This document shows positions 60,220 through 64,000 of a DNA stretch of 64,000 nucleotides, in pieces. Within the stretch, counting starts at the first letter, position 1. Every line of letters begins with the position of its first letter. The position numbers and the translations under genes were made by a program. The DNA comes from an uncultured Nitrosopumilales archaeon. GTDB taxonomy: Archaea; Thermoproteota; Nitrososphaeria; Nitrososphaerales; CAZIZY01. The notes beneath the pieces were generated by a model. The model did no database searches. It was not told the origin of the DNA and was given only the letters and a program-made list of their open reading frames with translations. The stretch is taken from the NCBI GenBank assembly GCA_964544235.1, contig CAZIZY010000007.1:3043-67042 (forward strand), in the 5' to 3' direction.

Positions 60220-60858
60220 TTGTCTGTAAGTTTTGGCGGGAAAGCGCTTCCAACAAAAATTGAACTAATTAGAATTCGAAAAAGTCTGCAAACTTCTAAG
60301 ACTGTTCATAAAATTCTTGAAGATAAACGAGACGTTCTTTTAAAAAGATTAGATGAAATGATTAATGCTGCAACTAGTGAGCGAGATAATCTTTCTGATC
60401 CACTTTCTGAAGCCTATAATTCTCTTTATGACGCATATATCAAAATGGGGTCTGTTAATATGAATACTATTGCGTTGACCTCTCCTAGTACTATTAAAGT
60501 TGATGTTGATGTAAGCCGTATGGTTGACGTAGATATACCTAAATTAAAAATATCATCTGAAGATGTAGGATTAAGTTATGGATTTGCAGATACTTCTATC
60601 TATCTGGATAACGCTACAAAGGTTCTTCGTGAAGTTCTTCCTCAAATATGTAGAGCAGCTGAACTAGAAAACGCTATTTTTAGATTGGCCGCGGCTCTTG
60701 AGAAAACTCAGCGTATGATTAACGCATTGGAATTTATTATAATTCCTCAATATCTTGATTCTATTAAATTTATTCAGTCTACATTAGAAGAACGTGAAAG
60801 AGAAGAATTCGTAAGACTTAAACAAGTTAAAAAAGTACTTGAAAATAGAACAGTATGA
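60220..60858 (+). CDS. atpD: A-type ATP synthase subunit D (central stalk)
   Basis: 212 aa. PTKIELIRIRKSLQTSKTVHKILEDKRDVLL. TTG start immediately after atpB. Confidence 0.85.
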   Translation: MSVSFGGKALPTKIELIRIRKSLQTSKTVHKILEDKRDVLLKRLDEMINAATSERDNLSDPLSEAYNSLYDAYIKMGSVNMNTIALTSPSTIKVDVDVSRMVDVDIPKLKISSEDVGLSYGFADTSIYLDNATKVLREVLPQICRAAELENAIFRLAAALEKTQRMINALEFIIIPQYLDSIKFIQSTLEEREREEFVRLKQVKKVLENRTV

Positions 60859-60874
60859 GTATGAGTGATATTTA

Positions 60875-61024
60875 ATGAGTTTTGAGAAAGATATTAAAAA
60901 ACAATTCCAAATCGCTAAAAAGAACATAAAAAAAGAAATGGATAATTATTCTTCTAGCATTGAAAAAGATGTAAAGAATATTGAAAATAGTGCCCGTAAG
61001 AAGATGGAAAGCCTAAATTTATAG
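60875..61024 (+). CDS. Possible small K/E-rich helical protein (49 aa), not in the ORF track. It could be a short stalk-like ATPase accessory subunit or non-coding.
   Basis: ATG at 60875, TAG ending at 61024. The product is MSFEKDIKKQFQIAKKNIKKEMDNYSSSIEKDVKNIENSARKKMESLNL. It lies between atpD and atpK. Confidence 0.25.
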   Translation: MSFEKDIKKQFQIAKKNIKKEMDNYSSSIEKDVKNIENSARKKMESLNL

Positions 61025-61088
61025 CATATTTACCGTATTATTCCGAAAACTTTAAAATATTATTTATGTAGAAATTTGTTGATTAACG

Positions 61089-61415
61089 TTGGAACTTACA
61101 AATAAATCATATTCGACCCTTTCGTTATGTTTTCTACTATTAATGGTGGCAACACCATTCGGATTAGCTAGTGCGGCTGAATCTGGAGATAATGATTCTC
61201 TCATTAACTCCGATAGCGCAAAACCATTTGCTGCTACTATAGCTTTCTCTGTTGCGGCACTTTCTGCTGGTTTCGCAATTGCTAAAGCTGGTTCTGCAGG
61301 ATTAGCTGCTGCAGCTGAAAGACCTGAGTTGAAAACAACTGCGATCATTATCACTGCATTAGGTGAAGCAATCGCTATTTACGGTATAGTAATAGCAATT
61401 CTTATCTTAGGTTAA
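61089..61415 (+). CDS. atpK: A-type ATP synthase proteolipid (subunit K/c), single hairpin with an N-terminal extension
   Basis: AGLAAAAERPELKTTAIIITALGEAIAIYGIVIAILILG (ion-binding Glu in helix 2). TTG start at 61089, with an alternative ATG at 61143. Confidence 0.85.
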   Translation: MELTNKSYSTLSLCFLLLMVATPFGLASAAESGDNDSLINSDSAKPFAATIAFSVAALSAGFAIAKAGSAGLAAAAERPELKTTAIIITALGEAIAIYGIVIAILILG

Positions 61416-61426
61416 AAATAACCAAT

Positions 61427-61455
61427 GGGGGAAAATCCCCCCTATATTTTCTTTA
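61427..61455 (+). terminator. GC hairpin (GGGGG-AAAAT-CCCCC) followed by a T-rich tract after atpK, a candidate transcription stop
   Basis: Read as ggggg aaaat cccccc tatattttcttt, 12 nt after the atpK stop. Confidence 0.3.
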
Positions 61456-61494
61456 AAATTAAGATTTAACATCTAGTTATAATATCTTCATAAT

Positions 61495-62889
61495 ATGATT
61501 GATGAACTAACTAGTATTGTTATTAATGCTAGTAATGTTGATTATTGTGAAGCACGTTTTCATAAACGTTCTGAACAAAAAATTTCTATATCTAAAGGTG
61601 AATTTGATGAAGTTATTTCTAATGAGATTCAAGGCGTTTGTTTTCGTGTTAATATTAATGGAACTTGGGGTTTTTCGAGTACAGGCAATTTAAATAAAAC
61701 TAATCTGAATAATACTCTTCTTGAAGCAATTTCTTCTGCAAAATCTATTTCATCGTCAAAATCTTCATCTTCTTTTAAGTTAGCTGACGCAAATCTTGCT
61801 AAGGGTAAATTCTCTCCTCCAATTGATGGTCCTTTAGATAAAATAAGCATTGAAGAAAAGATTAAATTAGTTAAAGACTCTGAAAGTGAAGCTAGAACTT
61901 ATCGTAAAAATATAAAAAGTGCTTCTTCTAGTTACCGTGAATTATTAGATTCTAAAGTTATTGTTACTAATGATGGTGTTTCTGCAGAAATATTTGATTC
62001 TAAACCTGAATTTAGAGTATCTGTAGTTGTTCAAAATAATGGTGAACTTTATAGCTCTTCAGAGGCTGTTGGTGTTACTGGTGGCTGGAATGATCTCTTT
62101 TCAAAGTCAGATGCTTTAACTTTGTCTCGTCATGCAGCTGAAAAAACATGTAAATTAGCTAATTCACGCACTCTTAAAGGTAGTAGAAGTACTGTTATAC
62201 TTGATCCAGCTTTGGTTGGCTTAATTTCTCATGAAGCGATAGGTCATACAGTCGAAGCTGATTTTGTATTATCTGGTTCAATTGCAAAAGATATGATAGG
62301 TAAGAAAGTTGCAAGTGATATTGTCACTATGGTTGATTCGGGTCCTTCTGCTATTGTTGGAAAAGCGGGTGGAACTTTACTTGTCGATGATGAGGGTGTA
62401 TTAACTGAAAGTACTGTTCTAGTTGATAATGGGGTCCTTTCTTCTTATTTACATAATCGGGAAAGTGCAGAATTATTTTCTGTTTCGCCTACTGGTAATT
62501 CACGTGCTTATGAATACCATAATGAGCCTTTAATTAGAATGAGAAATACGTTTATTGAACCTGGCGATTGGACTCTTGATGACTTAATAAGTGATACTAA
62601 ATCAGGTTATTTACTTAAAGGAGCAAAGTCTGGACAAGCTGATGCTAATGGTGAATTCATGTTTGGAACTCAAGAAGCTTATCTTATTGAAAGAGGAGAA
62701 ATAAAAGATTTGTTTAGAGGCGTAACTATTAGCGGTCAAGCATATGATGTTCTTAAAACTGTTGATGCTCTTAGCGATGACTTTTCTTATGAAATTGGTT
62801 CAGGATATTGTGGTAAAGGACAATTAGCAAAAGTCGATGGTGGTGGACCTCATTTAAGGTGTGAAGTTGTATTAGGTGGAGAGCAATAA
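61495..62889 (+). CDS. tldD: TldD-family metalloprotease
   Basis: 464 aa. HEAIGHTVEAD (HExxxH), GNSRA and the C-terminal GxC..G motif (GSGYCGKGQ). Confidence 0.85.
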   Translation: MIDELTSIVINASNVDYCEARFHKRSEQKISISKGEFDEVISNEIQGVCFRVNINGTWGFSSTGNLNKTNLNNTLLEAISSAKSISSSKSSSSFKLADANLAKGKFSPPIDGPLDKISIEEKIKLVKDSESEARTYRKNIKSASSSYRELLDSKVIVTNDGVSAEIFDSKPEFRVSVVVQNNGELYSSSEAVGVTGGWNDLFSKSDALTLSRHAAEKTCKLANSRTLKGSRSTVILDPALVGLISHEAIGHTVEADFVLSGSIAKDMIGKKVASDIVTMVDSGPSAIVGKAGGTLLVDDEGVLTESTVLVDNGVLSSYLHNRESAELFSVSPTGNSRAYEYHNEPLIRMRNTFIEPGDWTLDDLISDTKSGYLLKGAKSGQADANGEFMFGTQEAYLIERGEIKDLFRGVTISGQAYDVLKTVDALSDDFSYEIGSGYCGKGQLAKVDGGGPHLRCEVVLGGEQ

Positions 62890-62901
62890 ACTATATTTGA
62901 T

Positions 62902-64000
62902 GTGAAAAACTTGAATTCTATTTCTATTATTGATATCTGTGAAAAAGCAGTAAATTTTGGACTTGAGTGTGGGGCTGATGACATTGAAGTCTTCTCCTCA
63001 GTTGAAAAAACAATAAATTCTTCAATTGAAAGTAATGCTGTTAAGACTGTTACGTCTCATCAACTTCAAGGTTTGGGTATACGTGTTATAAAATCAGGTT
63101 CATTGGGATTTGCTTCTACTAATAGTTATGATGTTATTGATATCAAAAATACTATTTCTAAAGCGTTAAAAATAGCTTCCATGGTTCCTTCTGATCAATT
63201 CAATAAATTACCTGAATCTAAGTCATCTTCGTTAGTAACTAAATTGTATGATCCTCATGTTGAAGAATTTAAAATTGAAGACGCATTTGAAAAGACCTCG
63301 AATATGATTTTAACCACTAAAGAAACTGATCAACGTATCTCTATTGATAGTGGTGGTTTTAGTTCTTCTATTGGTGATAGTATATTAATTAATAGTAATG
63401 GAATTAAAGCTGAAGAAAAAGAAAGTTTATTCTCTTGGAATATAATGGGAATGGCTTCTAATGGCGTTGATGTTTCTAATTTTGATGTTCAATATGGTGG
63501 CTCGAGATCATTAAAAGATATTTCTTTATCTCAATCAATAGAAGAGTTTGCTAATAATGTAACTTCATCCTTGGGCTCTAATAAAATTGAAAGCTTTAAA
63601 GGAGATGTAATTCTTAGTCCAGAAGCATCTTTAGATGTTTTAATTGAACCTATAATTCATTTAGTTAACTCTAAAAATGTACAAAAAGGACTTAGTAAAT
63701 TTAAAAATAAACTTAATGACTCTATATCATCTGAATTATTGACTGTATTTGATGATGGAACTATTAATGGTGGACTTATGTCTTCAAATTTTGATCGAGA
63801 AGGCGTTCCTCATAAAAAAACTATTATTATTGACTCAGGAATTCTTAAGTCATATTTGTACAATAATTATTCTGCGAATAAGGATCAACTTCAAAGTACT
63901 GGAAATGCTTCTGGTTCATATAGATCTATTCCATCTATTTCTCCTACAAATCTCATGCTTGAACCGGGTTCTTCTAAATTATCTCAAATAATAACTAGCT
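62902..64000 (+). CDS. pmbA: PmbA/TldE-family protein, partner of TldD. The 3' end lies outside the window.
   Basis: Frame 1 is open from the GTG at 62902 to the window end. ..GLGIRVIKSGSLGFASTN.. and ..FDREGVPHKKTIIIDSGILKSYLYNNYSA..TGNASG... It is missing from the ORF track because there is no stop codon in the window. Confidence 0.75.
   Translation, partial: MKNLNSISIIDICEKAVNFGLECGADDIEVFSSVEKTINSSIESNAVKTVTSHQLQGLGIRVIKSGSLGFASTNSYDVIDIKNTISKALKIASMVPSDQFNKLPESKSSSLVTKLYDPHVEEFKIEDAFEKTSNMILTTKETDQRISIDSGGFSSSIGDSILINSNGIKAEEKESLFSWNIMGMASNGVDVSNFDVQYGGSRSLKDISLSQSIEEFANNVTSSLGSNKIESFKGDVILSPEASLDVLIEPIIHLVNSKNVQKGLSKFKNKLNDSISSELLTVFDDGTINGGLMSSNFDREGVPHKKTIIIDSGILKSYLYNNYSANKDQLQSTGNASGSYRSIPSISPTNLMLEPGSSKLSQIITS

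Noticed and set aside
61064-61354. 96-aa Ala-rich ORF antisense to atpK.
   Set aside because: It is a mirror of the GCN-rich proteolipid gene. The sense frame carries the diagnostic AERPE...GEAIAIYG motifs.
63749-63991. 80-aa ORF near the window end.
   Set aside because: It is out of frame inside the PmbA/TldE gene, which is open in frame 1 from 62902 to the window edge and carries the FDREGVP..TGNASG motifs.
1-64000. Mobile elements, prophage, toxin-antitoxin or defence islands.
   Set aside because: I recognised no transposase, integrase, restriction-modification, Cas, abortive-infection or TA-like gene pairs. Apart from the single GC-rich SDR gene next to tRNA-Trp, the composition looks uniform by eye.

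Overview
This window is AT-rich archaeal chromosome (roughly 30% G+C by eye) and consists almost entirely of core genes. The gene content fits a low-GC Nitrososphaeria (Thaumarchaeota)-like archaeon, though that taxonomic call is inference. Supporting genes include class I LysRS, Elp3, eS30, archaeal DnaG, Nop5-fibrillarin, Gar1-TFB, a thermosome with a GGM tail, an A-type ATPase F-E-A-B-D...K cluster, PyrB/PyrI, PyrD/PyrK and B12-dependent RNR. I support about 65 protein genes, one SRP (7S) RNA and five tRNA genes. Every tRNA is split by introns: 8 introns in total, 5 at non-canonical positions. I solved them by hand from bulge-helix-bulge (BHB) geometry. I see no transposases, integrases, CRISPR arrays or recognisable defence islands. 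The strongest novelty candidate is a 698-aa protein at 47362-49458. It fuses a winged HTH, an ATP-cone and a cysteine-less, glycyl-radical-less class III RNR (NrdD)-like body. It lies directly upstream of nrdJ, with a palindrome in the shared promoter region, so I propose it as an archaeal NrdR-like dNTP-sensing regulator. Other points worth a second look:
- a gnd / cyclase-family hydrolase / FGD-like F420 oxidoreductase cluster, possibly an F420-linked oxidative pentose phosphate branch
- a two-intron tRNA-Trp next to a compositionally foreign SDR gene
- inverted MFS paralogs bracketing Sco1 and a CC-motif membrane protein
- several in-frame coding tandem repeats
All functional calls come from motif recognition by eye. 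No database search was run.
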